Assembly: GCA_951406725.2 (NCBI GenBank)
Contig: OX597822.1
Coordinates: 16,492,001 to 16,556,000, forward strand
Length of the DNA: 64,000 bases
Direction of reading: 5' to 3'
Source of the DNA: Octopus vulgaris
Lineage: Eukaryota
The position numbers and the translations under genes are program-made. Below, in pieces: positions 25,842 to 38,920 of this stretch. The notes under the pieces were generated by a model. That model was not told the DNA's origin, did no database searches, and worked only from the letters and a program-made list of their open reading frames with translations. Position 1 is the stretch's first letter. Each line of letters starts with the position of its first letter.

Positions 25842-28800
25842 CGTGTGCATTATGTGATCGGTTGAGCTGAAAATATGCACACCTATGTTAAAAGTGCTGG
25901 CGATTTTGCATAGCAACTATTTTTTTCCTCAAATGACAGGCGTGACCTCTAGGACAAAATTCCTCATCTTATAAAATGTGGCCCGAGTTGACCCGAATGA
26001 AATCGGGTTATATTAACCAAAATGTGAAAAGGGGTCTAAATGTGGAAGGGGATTAAAATTTACAGGTGCGGGTTTTTAGGAATTCTCTGTTACATCAAGC
26101 TAAAAAATTTGCGCCTGCCTTTAAATCTTCAATGTGTTGCCGTCCATGATGAAGAAGTTTTGAATGCTTGCCGTGGTGAGTCTACTGTCTTGAGAACGGA
26201 TCACTTCAAAACTTGGTGTTTAGGAATTTTCTTTTACTTCAAGTTCAAAATTTTACGCCAGCCGTTAAACTGCCACAACGTTGCTGTCCAGCATTAAGAA
26301 ATTCCAGTTCTATCCATTCAAACTTTTGTTTCTAATATTTTTATTCAGGTCGCAAGTTCGTCTGTCCCTTTTAAATGTTAGTGTTTTGCTGTCTGCCTTG
26401 AAGCAGGCCTATCCGTTGTCACTGCCTGATATTTATGATTGATCTTTCATAATATTTTCTTTCTCAACTTACTCAAGATCTTTTGTTGTTTATAAATGGG
26501 AGAGAGAGAGATAGAGAAAGATAGAGAGTTAGAGAAAGCGACGGAGAGTCGGAGAGAAAGGAAGAGTAAGAGAGTGGGAAAGTGAGAGAGAACAGAGAGA
26601 GCAACAAAGAGGGAGAATGTGGTGATAAAGAACAGAAAGGAAGCAACAGAAAGTAACAACCACACTCTTACCCGCGCGTAGAGCAGGTCACCTGAAGCTA
26701 GTATATATTTAATTCGAATTTTAAAATAGAAACAGCTCAGTGGCAAATATTTTACCAATATGGCATACATAATGCATGTATGGAGCTGGAGAGTGGGAAA
26801 CAGAGGTGTCCATCCAGACAAATCCCTTGGTAAATGAATTGTGTTTAAAAAAAAGCACGGTACACTTTAGAGCCAGCCGAAATGACCGCGAGAACAACAG
26901 ATACGTACTTAGCCGAAACTGAATCAGCTATTTTGAAGTATATAGAGATATAGACAGATATATACATATATAAATACAATATTGTATGTTATGTACGTAT
27001 ATATATGTATATATATATATATATATATGTATATAGTGACAGACAGTCAGACAGACAAACAGACTGACTGATAGTGATGTACACAATACATATATATACA
27101 GACATATATGCATACATGCTCATAGATACATATTGTATATATATATATGTATATATGTGTGTATGTGTGTATGCATGCGCGCACAAACATGTATATGTTT
27201 ACATGCATACGTGTATGTATATGTGTGCATGTGTTATGCGTTCAAGCAACGAATGAGAATATACAATGGTAATGGTAACGATAAATCTAACGAAGCAAAA
27301 TGACGGCATTTGCACTTAGTGCAGTCTCTTCTCAGCTGTCATATTGATGCATCACGCCGTGCTGTCATGCTGACATCTGATGTACACGAAACAGCTTTTC
27401 CTCTCACCTAACTTTTGCATCATTTTTTAAGAATATCTCGTCTCTCTGGTGTCTTTTCACTTATTCTTAGTTACATTTCTCTTAGTTTTCTTTTCATGTC
27501 TCTGTCTAGAAACACACCAAAATAAATATACACACATTCAATAAATTATCTTTCCAAACTTTCATCATTTTTTTATTCCCCTCCTTCTTTCTTTCTCTGT
27601 CGGAAACATTTTGGAATATTTACAATATTACCCTCTAATATTTGTTGGTTTGTAATTCCTTTCTATGCATCCGACTTGCTTCAGGTTTTTCTCTCAGCCT
27701 GAATCTCTTCTTTTATTTCATGTATTTCAAGGTAGCTTTTTATCTTCCCTTTTCCTTTTGAATTCCACTCGATTCCCCATCTTTTTATCCTCTATCAGTG
27801 TGGATTTTAGAAAGCCATACAGAGGCTTTTAGTGGAAAGCTAGACTTAAATGGCAGTAAAACATCCATTTCTGAATTATTTTATCTCAAACATCTCAGCT
27901 CAATCGCGCAGGGCTTCATGTGTGTAATGCCTTTAGTTAAAGAATTTCGACTAAATGAGATTATCGATGCAATCAGCCAACAATACGTCCTAAGGATATG
28001 TTAAATCTAAAATACGATGAGTAAGGGAGTTAACTCCAGTATGATAATTGAAAGTTTTTGAAAATACAGAAAGGCTGTGTAGGAGAGGATCTCATTAAAG
28101 CCAACTAGTAAGAACAAGGGACATGCTTCAGTCTTATTGGATTTCTACAGTGAATCATATTTCACTCGGTTAGCAAAACTAAGGAGGATCACTTTATAGA
28201 AAGGAATATAAACAACAGAAGTAAGGAAAACGTCTTTCTATGTTTTAATATCATTTAGTCAGAGGAGAAAGCAAACACTGCTCATGATATTGTACAATGT
28301 CTCCAAGACAAGAAGAAAGCGAAGATGGTATCTTCAAATCGGAGCCTGGTTCAAAGGCTTTCAACATTTTGGACTCCGCTAAAGATACTTAAGGTATCAG
28401 TCGCTGTATATCTACTTCCCAGTTAGTCCATGACAGGGATTTAGACACAGAACACAGAGGGTTGGGACAAATACCAAAAGGCATTCGATTCAAGGTTCTT
28501 AGAGTTGCACTCATCCAACTCACAACATAAGGCAGGAAAAATTGCTGCTTAGCTTTTTATCCAATTTGCTAACGGCTTAGCCACCTCACCGCTTTGCTTA
28601 ATAATGGAATAATGCTTCTAGTCTGGGTGCAACGTCTGAAATATTGGCGGATGGAATTGTTGTTTGTATCCTAAATTCCTATAAGATGCAACCTCGTATT
28701 TTTCCGTTATATTTCTCGAAAAGATCATTTTTATGGCAGTGATCAATCCATTTCCTCTACGAATTTAAATTCCAAATATCCGTCCCTTAAGGTGACAAAC

Positions 28801-28969
28801 CCCTAGAATAGATTCTCCCTAAGTTATATTTTCCTAAAAGCAAAAGATTCAAGACAAAGTAACCCTATTTATTCCAAAGTTCATTTTCATATTTAGTGTG
28901 TTAAACGTTGTGTAGAAATTCAAAAAGAAACTACTGTTTGAATTTCATTTCTGTTGTGTTTCATATTGT

Positions 28970-29024
<55 letters not shown>

Positions 29025-29361
29025 CTTTTCACCGACGAAGACATGTGACCTAGCCTTCAATTTTTAACTATAAAATCAGGTGCAATCGTAATCAATTCTT
29101 ATAACACTGAATAGTAGAGAGTACTTGATGGAAAAGAGATCATCAATCACGATCAAATTGTAAGAGTGAATTTAAAATACTTTTTCTTTTACTCTTCGCA
29201 TTGATGTAGCAAGACAAGCCTTGTTCACAAAATTGACAACAGATATTGATATTGAGAACGTTAATTCACAAAACTAGATAAACACCGTTTCAAACATCTT
29301 TCTGTTATCGACAGAATATTCCGTGTCACATAACACATCTACGAACATCTATTTCATTTCT

Positions 29362-29402
29362 TAAGTGTGAAACTCGATACTCATCTGGGTTTTTTATATA
29401 TG

Positions 29403-29460
<58 letters not shown>

Positions 29461-29492
29461 TATAAAAACCCAGATGAGTATCGAGTTTCACA

Positions 29493-29496
<4 letters not shown>
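29362..29496. repeat. Perfect 33-bp inverted repeat around a (TA)n tract
   Basis: taagtgtgaaactcgatactcatctgggttttt-(TA)n-aaaaacccagatgagtatcgagtttcacactta. Confidence 0.95.
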
Positions 29497-29554
<58 letters not shown>

Positions 29555-29566
29555 TGTATGTATGTA

Positions 29567-29617
<51 letters not shown>

Positions 29618-30049
29618 ATATACTCGTGTGTATGTTTGTGTGTGTATTTTTCAGGAAAGTAGCTATCAGTTTAAATGTGTGTGTATGTAGGTTCTTGTGG
29701 TTGATGTTAGGTAAAGGAAATGGGGTTCCATACAATTTTTTTTGAAAATTTACACTTGTCATATAAATTTACCACATTGTTAACAAGCTTATCTAAATCT
29801 GCTAGAAAGAACAGCTAAATTTCTTACCTTTTCACATTCAGCCATCGAGTAACAGAAAGGCTGCATTGGATAGTGTAGTCCTAGATATATTTATGCTTGA
29901 AAGAGAAACAACGAGATGCCATGCCTTTGACAAAGGGTCTTAATAATAGATCTGCTCCCTCAGGGCTAACCTACAGCTGAACAACTGCTATAATAATACA
30001 CATCAAAGACAGATTTAGATTCGATTATAATGGTTGTTGCAATAGTGAC

Positions 30050-30490
30050 TAATATTGGTTTCGAAATTTGGGACGAGGCCAGCAACTTCAGAGAAGGGGG
30101 TTAAGTCGATTACATCGATCCCAGTACTCAAACTGGTACCTATTTTATCGACCCTGAAATGATGACCTCGGCAGCATTTGAAAACGTAAGCACGAACGAA
30201 ATGCCGCTTAGCATTTTGACCGGCACAGTAACGACTTGGCCAATTCGCCAACTTATAATGGTGACTTGATAGTGTTTCTAAAACAGATACAAAGACTGGG
30301 ATTTGTGGGAGAGGCATAGACGGTTGCCTGTAATTCAGTTCTGGACTGGTATTGTATTTTTATTCATTCCCAGAGAGATGAAAAGCAAAAGTGATATTGG
30401 AAAGATGCAAGCGTAGAACGTAAAGTGTAGAACGAATTACTACGATTCAGTTAGTCAGACTCTTTCACGTTTTCTCCCACTTCACCGCCT
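30050..30490 (-). mobile_element. Two adjacent SINE family A copies
   Basis: aagtcgattacatcgatcccagtactcaaactggtacctattttatcgaccctgaaa (30050-30255), followed by a more diverged copy (30270-30490). Confidence 0.75.
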
Positions 30491-31199
30491 TTTAGGATTA
30501 ATGGCTAATATTGCAACTAAAACAAATAGAATTAAATGACTAGTGTGTTAACAGCCGTTCATTTCGTTGCTATTATAGAACATATCTGCAGGATTTTAGC
30601 CAACAGTGTGCTTTACGACCATTATAAACAATTCGCTCTAATAAAACGATGTTGCAACAAAACGAAACAGATAACAGACCAATAATTTAATACCCGATCC
30701 CACTGCCAAGGAAGCGTTAAATTTATGCAAATTGTTCAATCCAGTTTGCTTTAACCTCAAATTTTATTGGATTTATAAGCAACGTTTCTGTAGTTAGTTA
30801 AAGATGGCACTCAGCGGCTGATGAAGATTCAAAGAAATAAAAGAGAGAGAGAGGGTTGAAATGTATGAATAACTGCGCCATCTTTTATGCACAGATATAT
30901 ATTGTGCACATGAATTATTTACAATTGTCGTAAAGAGAAAAAAGCTATCGATGTATGTTTTAGTATATTATAGCGAAGAATGTTATTTTTCAAGAATATC
31001 ATTTTTAAGTGATAAATATTGTAAGTCGATGCTGAAATTAGAAGAGCGATTTCAGTATTAGATACCATAACAATACCATACTTTTCTGGAGTCATGGATG
31101 GCGCTTTGGTTCTAGTATTAACACAATGCCTGGCTAAAAAAAACAAAAAACATTACAATATTCATTTTTGCAGCCAATTCTGTTTTTCTTTGAAATGCC

Positions 31200-31400
31200 T
31201 AGGATGACGTGATGAAGACCGACCAGAACATGCTGAACCTCGCTAAGGAGACGATTTAGAGTTGCAACAATTGGCGATATAACGTGTTGGAGAAGACCCG
31301 GACTTCGGTGCAAGCATGCCACAGAGATCTTTAAGACAGGACTACTGGCAGTAGCTGGGATGCTCTCGATATGTGGGCACTCACCCCAAACTACGACACT
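31200..31400 (+). mobile_element. Possible decayed RTE LINE 3' fragment
   Basis: Frameshifted RPTRTC*TSL..DDL and QACHRDL resemble the RTE GRP..TW...DL / A.DR..W tail. Confidence 0.3.
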
Positions 31401-32636
31401 TTTCTACCTTTCTTTTACTGATCCTCTTCTATGATCTTTTCATTCTCTCATGTCTCCATCACACACAATCATAGCACCATCACCCATTTCACATTCTACT
31501 ATTCACTTATGTAAAGTAGGATGACACAGGATCAACCTACCCTTATTCAACCGACCCCACTATGCTGGGCTGCTTCTTCTTTATCATTCTTTCGCGATCC
31601 ATAGACCACTAACCTACCCAGCTAGAAGATTATTTCGTATAGCCTACACTGTGTATTGCAACGACGGAAAGCAATTCCTCGCTACAATGTGCATGCAGCT
31701 ATAAAAAGAAAGGATAACTGTATGTAGATATTGCCTATTTTGAGTCGTTGTGTTGTGACGAGTCCAAATATACAAACAGCTGTTCCCCTATTTTATGACC
31801 GGACACATTGCACAAAGGAATTGCTTACACTCATCGTAATACACAAGGATTTATAATATTATATAAGTTCTACAGAACATTACAGTTACGAAACAGAATA
31901 CTTGTTATCACACACGTAATTTAATAGTTATAAGAAATCCAAGTTTTGTATTACAACACCATTCTTGTAGCAATGTAAGATGAATCGATGAATCAGCGTT
32001 TTTCATTTCTTTATTTTCAAGTATGGGAATGAAACAGAGATAATTGATACACAATGTTATAATATAGTGTAAATAAAGAAATATATTACTACGTTCGATT
32101 AATATGCATGTCACGTCGATAAGTTCCTTCATTTCTATGTGTGTAATTATATGTCACAATACAGATCCCAAAGAATTGGGACTGCTTTTAGTTTAGCTTT
32201 TATTTTCCCAGTACATAGCTTTCCGTTCAAACGAGATTTGTATAGAATTCTTTATTTTTGTATATTCTTCAGAGAGAATTATCATACACTGTGAAGAGAT
32301 CCATAATAGATCGATGAATATATTTCGAAAGGCACAAAACATATGTAAATAGAATACAGAGTAGATCTAATTAAATGAATAAATAAATAAATATAGAAAA
32401 GCGTGAGACTCCGATTATAAATAGTTAAAAAGAAATTGTTCCATGCATCTTATCTGTTTCTTATGTTTTCCCCAAAGAGTTCTTTCATTATCACATTCCC
32501 TTCTGTTCAAATATCTTTCTCTCCATAGTGTATATGTGTATCATTCTCCCTAAAGTGTACTATAATGATATAAGATATATATATACATGTATATATATAT
32601 GTGTATATATATATATATATATATGTGTGTGTATAT

Positions 32637-32674
<38 letters not shown>

Positions 32675-32766
32675 CGCATACATATACACACAAATATACA
32701 TCTTATAATATCATATATGTATTATATTATATATATATATATAAATACACACACACATATTCCAAC

Positions 32767-32798
<32 letters not shown>

Positions 32799-32815
32799 AT
32801 GTATATGCATATATG

Positions 32816-32847
<32 letters not shown>

Positions 32848-32854
32848 TGTATAT

Positions 32855-33110
32855 CGGTGTTACTGACGGTACAGCGTCATCGAGGATATTTCCAAACGTT
32901 TCCGTGGATGGGAGCTGCTTTCTTTAATCTGCCAGGAAGTCGGTGTAGTGTTCATAAAAATCCCCAACGTCTATGGTCTTGGTCTTCCCCTTAGTCCATG
33001 CTTGATCTTAGTCTCAGCCTTCCAAGCTTCTATTCATGACGCAAAAGTACAGAGATGGTGCGATTTTGCCTATTTAACAGCAAAGAGATTCCGCTGGTGC
33101 CGTAGATTAT
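32855..33110 (-). mobile_element. Possible decayed RTE LINE 3' fragment
   Basis: Minus-strand RGRPRP motif followed by LKKAA...VWK, ending at a (TACA)n tract. Confidence 0.4.
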
Positions 33111-33289
33111 AATGTCTCTTGTTTCTTCCTTTCATGTGGAGTGGCTTGAATCTTTCGTCGGAATTTGAACTCAAAATGGAAAGAATTATTGTAGATACCA
33201 CAAAACACCCATCGTGTCCGACACTCAAAAATTTCTGCTTGTCCACCATCTTGGATTGAGGATTGTTATTTATCGACATCAAAGCGATG

Positions 33290-33495
33290 AGATGACAGAA
33301 TCGGTAGCACACCTGACAAAATATTTAGCGGTAATTCGTCTGCTTCTTCGTTCTGGGTTCAAAATCCGTCGAAGGCGACTTTACCTTTCACCATTTCGAG
33401 GTTTATAAAGTAAGTACCCGTTTAGCACTGGGTCGATGTAATCGACAAGCCCCCTCCCCCCATAAATCAGGCCCTGTGCCTATAATAGAACGGTT
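33290..33495 (+). mobile_element. SINE family A
   Basis: gatgacagaatcggtagcac...gttctgggttcaaaatccg...aagtacc...gggtcgatgtaatcgac. Confidence 0.8.
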
Positions 33496-34120
33496 CATTT
33501 GGTGTGATTCGAACTTGGAATGCAGAGAATGTGACATCATTCTTTACAATGCTCTAATGACTGGATTCCTTCGTTGTCTACACGCGTTTTACGTGAATAT
33601 ATATTGTAGCTTTGTGTGTATATGTGTCTCTGACATTAGCTGCGTCTGTAACCATAGTGATATACATACCTACTACCACCTGTAGTTTGTTCTCCGTCAT
33701 TTAAAAGAAATAATTTAAACATAACCTATGATCAATATGCACCTGCGCAGGTAAATAATTATTCTTCTTCCGACTTCATCAGGCGGCTTCGTTGTACGGC
33801 AACTGCATAACTCTTACCAAAAAGAACATCACGTATTGCGCTGAACATATTTTCATATGTCAGCACTTTTAATCTGAAGGAGAATTTATATAGAATTCGC
33901 GTCTAAGTTTGGGGAAAAAATGCAATACAAATAATATGTAGTGACTTATACACACACACATATTTGCATGTCTGTAAGTAACAATGTACAACGCGTTCGA
34001 ATCTGAAATGTGATGTTACAACTTTTTCTGGCTCCTATATATATCTCTTCTATATTAGATACATGTGTGTCAGCATGTACATACATATATACACACGTAC
34101 AGTTATATGCTTGTGTGTTT

Positions 34121-34312
<192 letters not shown>

Positions 34313-34314
34313 AT

Positions 34315-34823
34315 ACAGAAACCTTTCTTAGTTCATGAGGCTATTTTATGGTAGAAATATGACTTGAATTGAACTGTTTTGTTAATTCCTGAGTAGTTTG
34401 CATTGGATTGTCCTCGGTTACGGTTTTCAGCAGCTTAATATTGATAGAATTTTATAGTTCCGGATCGAGGGAAATATGCGTGAGAAAAATTTCCCAAGTG
34501 GAAATAGCCAAACGATCGTTGGCATGTTTGGACAGTTACAACTTCATTTTCTGAAGCAGAATGAATATTTCTTGCTGTTTTCATTGCTGAAGAGCCTCTT
34601 TTGAATTCATGCAGCAGGCAGTATTTGATATGGGTCTGATGAAAACTCATTTGAAAATGGCAAAATCTAATCGAATTTTTTTTACTAACGTATAAAGTTA
34701 ACTTTGAAGAAAAAGAACTTTAAAATGTTAAAATAAATTAATGTCTCTTTAACGCAAGGATTGGAAAAACCCCTTCAAAGTTACCAAATCAAAAATGCCA
34801 CAGGGCTTTTCTTCCATCTTAAT
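34315..34823 (-). mobile_element. Mariner transposon 5' fragment (degenerate transposase N-terminal HTH and putative TIR)
   Basis: HIKYCLLHEFKRGSSAMKTARNIHSA...TCQRSF.YF..GNFS...PRSG, then LKTVTEDNPMQTTQELTKQFNSSH, matches the Mos1/Hsmar-type HTH domains. TIR-like attaagatggaagaaa... near 34823. Confidence 0.85.
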
Positions 34824-36217
34824 GTGTATGTATGTGTGTGTGTGTGTGCGCGCGTCCGTGCGTGTGTGTGTTACTTGAACTATTCTTTTATAAAGGAAAA
34901 CATTAAGCTTTCGCTTAAACGAACAAGCATCAGTCAGTTTTAATTTTTAGCTAAATAGAGGGCACGATCCATGACTCTTGTTAGGGCCTCCGAAACTTGT
35001 ATGAGAGAGGGACCGTGTGAGTTAACCTAGAACCAGGGATATGGATCGAATATGTACAACAGAATGGAGTCTGCTAATGACTGTCTTGGAGAAAAAGTAA
35101 ACCAGGTGATGAGTTACGCTTCTAACCTATGAGTAAGAACTGTCGGTCCGATGGCCATCCACACAGCATCTACAAACTTTTATTAATAAGACATTGGTTG
35201 AAATCAAATTTATTGTAGAATACATCTTTCCCTAAAGTGTCGCGTACTGAGGAGCCGGTCTACTTGTGGCTAAGAAGATATCTGTCTAAGGTATCCCCTC
35301 TGTAGGATCAAACCAGTAACCGCCTGGTTGCGAAGCGAAGTTAGCAACACAGCCATTTCAAAATGAATTTCAAGGACTACATCTCGCAATGGTTGTCTTG
35401 TTCTGAAAACTTCTCACATATCGACACTTCAAACCCCATTACATGAAAATAAGAAGCCTTTCCTAACTTACATCTAAATCCATTCTACAAAATGTGCCTT
35501 TCACGTACCCCTAAGCAGTAGTATGTAATGGGCGACATTTAGTGAAACGAACTCTAATTCTAGATATATTCCCACTTCAACAGCAACACAGTAGCTAAAT
35601 ATTTTCATAATATTCTACGACATTCTATTATAAAATCTCTGTATTCATATTTTTATGAAAGCGTCTTTTACCATGAAATTCGTATTTTACGACAGATGTA
35701 TTGTACGTTAAATAATATAATAAAACCGATAATCATGAATTTCGCCTGACAGTATAAAGCAGTTACATCAGATATATTGAAGAACTAGGTACACTAGTCA
35801 CGCACACTGAATTTTTCCGGTTTGTTTACACATCTACCAACACAACTACACACGGAACTATCACAGAATTCCCTGTTGCTTTTAATATATTGTCTACGTA
35901 TTTCTGTCTCTTTTATCTATAGATTCAATACTGTTGTAATTTCCAGATATTTTTAACCTTTGAACGCATTACACTGCGCCGAACTTTTTTCACCATTGTA
36001 CTTTTGTGTCATCTTCTATGTGAAACATGTTTCTCTTATCTTTTGAAAGCATTTCACTCACACACAACCCTTTAGCATTTCAGTAAATTATTTCATTTCC
36101 TTTTGCAATAAAAAAAATGTTCCAGTTTTAAAACTTTATTAATATTTTCATAAATTTTTCGTAGAACTAAAATATTTGACTATACCTAAGAATCTTTTTA
36201 TCCTTACACCATAAAAA

Positions 36218-36412
36218 GGTGGTGAACTGACAAAATGGTTGAAGTGTTGGACAAAATGCTTCCGGCTCTTTACGTTCTCAAATGTTGCCAACGTTGACTT
36301 TGCCTTTCATTCTCTCGGCATCAATAAATCAAATACCAGTTGACCAATAGGGTTGATGTAATCAACTTCTCTCCTCTCAAAATTACTGGCCTTGGGTAAA
36401 AATTAGAAATTA
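36218..36412 (+). mobile_element. SINE family A, diverged
   Basis: ggtggtgaactgacaaaatggtt...gttgactttgcctttcattc...aaataccagtt. Confidence 0.75.
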
Positions 36413-36689
36413 TTCTTATATCATATTAATATCTAATGAACACCAGCATGCAGTGACTTGTCAAAATTGATAGAACGGTGGATAAAAAAAAATCGCTTCG
36501 CAATATTTATTCTCTGTGCTTCGGGGTCGTTCTTCTGAGTTTCGTTTTTAAAAAAAATGAACCAGTGCTGGACGTGAAGTTGTAAGAGTGTCTGGTATAA
36601 TTCCTTATTTGTTTCGATTCTGTGCATTTTCGGTTCAAATCCCGTTCTGTCACCGAAGGATGACACTTCTGTCAAATGTTACGACGCAC

Positions 36690-36795
36690 CTTTAGATGCC
36701 CGAGGCTTAGTATAAGACACTTGCCCAATATGCCACTCAGTTGAACTGAATCTGGAACCATGTGGTCTACAAGCAGACATTTTGCCTCACAAACA
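36690..36795 (-). mobile_element. SINE family B head fragment
   Basis: aagacacttgcccaatatgccac...ctgaatctggaaccatgtgg. Confidence 0.7.
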
Positions 36796-37364
36796 CTTAT
36801 TTATTTGGAAGTTTCTGAATAAATTCATTTAGATGAAATATTTAGGCAAGAAAATGTTAATTTTGCTCGCAAATAAATATCGTGAAGTATCATAGATACG
36901 GCAGTAAATGAAAGAAAATACGTATAAACAATATTTGCAAATTATTTACAATGCAACATTAAGTTAATTTCAATAGTTATTGTTCCTATGTGTATTTAAA
37001 CTTAAATTATATTTATTAATGAAGAAAATAAATATTGAACCTTTTGAACTGTGTTGAAAAGAAGGATATAAATTTATTTGTTTTCGTGTAGTTATATTGT
37101 AGTTTCTGCTAGTTTTCGCAATTACTAGAAATAAATTATTTTTTAATCAGTAACTTTACCAATATCTTTTGATATGTTTCAGGGTATAAAATATATTTTT
37201 ATTTACACATAGCCGTTAATCTTCTTAAAACGATGTGCTTCTACGCAAAATTTCTGTCACGTGGATGTCAAACTTGCGGCCTACAATATGAAACGTAAAT
37301 ACGCGTTCGTTCATATATCAAGTTATATTCTTTCCTTATAGTTTGTTTCAAAATAATGATTGAA

Positions 37365-38010
37365 ATAATGGTTTCTTATTTAGACATAAGGAAAGGAATT
37401 TGGGGTGAGGGTGTTAATCGATTACATCGGCCCCAGTATTTGATGGATAGTTTATGTCATTGACCACGGGAGGGTGAAAGACAATTTTGACCACGACCAG
37501 AGTTGAACTTAGTACAGAAGAGGATCAAATGCTGTATCGCATTTCCCCCCGACGTTCTGACGTTTCTGTCAGCTCGCAGTCTCCGAGACGGCAATATTTT
37601 CAAGATAAAATGTGGCGAGCTGGCAGAATCGTTAGCACGCCGGGCGAAATACGTAGCCGTATTTCGTCTGCCGTTACGTTCTGAGTTCAAATTCCGCCGA
37701 GGTTGACTTTGCCTTTCATCCTTTCGGGGTCGACGAATTATATACCAGTTGCATATTGGAGTCCATCTAATCGACTAGCTCCCCCCTCCTCCAAAATTTC
37801 GGGCCTTGTTCCTAGAGTGGAAAAGAATATTTTCAAGACAAAGCTTTAGAAGACTGGCCCCAGTACTTAACCGATATTTTACATTCTTGAGCCGGGAAGG
37901 ATGAAAAGCAGCATTGGAATGGCCGGCATTTGAAAGCAGAACATCAAGATTTGGAATAAATGCTGCAATTTGTTTTTATCCGTCTCTCTAACAATGCTGC
38001 CAACCGTCTT
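37365..38010. mobile_element. Cluster of three SINE family A copies (-, +, -)
   Basis: A well-preserved plus copy at 37612-37830 (tggcgagctggcagaatcgttagc...gagttcaaattcc A/B boxes) lies between diverged minus copies. Confidence 0.85.
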
Positions 38011-38709
38011 CTCTCGAGGATAGAAATAATAACTAATGTCTTTCGTACCATGTCATATAGAAACAATATTGATTTTTCTAAGTGATCAGAATTTCACCGA
38101 ATTAAGTTCTTGCCAATAAATGAATGATTCTTATTTAAAATCAGCTTTTTCTTATTGTTGTTGTTTTACTTTTTCAATTTCAGTTTGATTCTTCATATTG
38201 ATACATAAGAAAGAAATTACATAAATTCAATACATTTTCAACTGTTTTATAATGAATTACAGACTAAGAATATAGTGTCGTCTTTTTTTGTTGGTTTTTT
38301 TTTTCTATTTACTCAATCTGATTGAAATGTAAGGCTCTTGATAAAAGCAATACAATGGAGAAAAATAAATTCAAAATTTAGCGAGAAATATACTAATCCT
38401 GTTTCATATGGTTAATACAAAGTTTTTCCGTGAGTAAAGAATAAAAATATATTTCAAGCCTTTGGGATTAAACATGTTAGTGTAATAAATTTTATAATAT
38501 CAACTTTCTTTATATTGCTTTTACACAGACATTCTATTTGTAAGCCTTTGGAGAGGTGTACATATGTTCTGAAAATAGATAACTATATTTATGAGTTTTT
38601 TTATGATGTTGATAAAAATTACTAAGTTGTACGAGTGCTGCGTTTGATTTTATCAAGAACTAAATCATGAACCAAAGTTTTGACACATCAAATTATTTGC
38701 ATACTATCG

Positions 38710-38742
<33 letters not shown>

Positions 38743-38784
38743 GCGTGTATATGTGTGTATGTGTGTGTATTCACCATGCTTGAT

Positions 38785-38920
38785 CGCTAAAGCTACAGTT
38801 TTTTTTTCATTCTCTCTATGTTTATTTTTTCCTATTCCTTTCTGTTGAAGAGCGTAGGCTCGAAACGTAAAAGACGTTTTCATTTTCCCGAGCGTCAAAC
38901 TAATACACCTGCTTGATTTT
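38785..38920 (+). mobile_element. Hammerhead-bearing short repeat, copy 3
   Basis: Homologous to 5740-5850. Confidence 0.72.
38838..38873 (+). ncRNA. Minimal type I hammerhead-like motif, variant core CUGUUGA
   Basis: cttt-CTGTTGA-a-GAGC gtag GCTC-GAA-ACGT-A-aaag. Confidence 0.55.

Noticed and set aside
37612-37700. tRNA gene
   Set aside because: The A/B boxes belong to a multi-copy SINE head; no cloverleaf or terminator.
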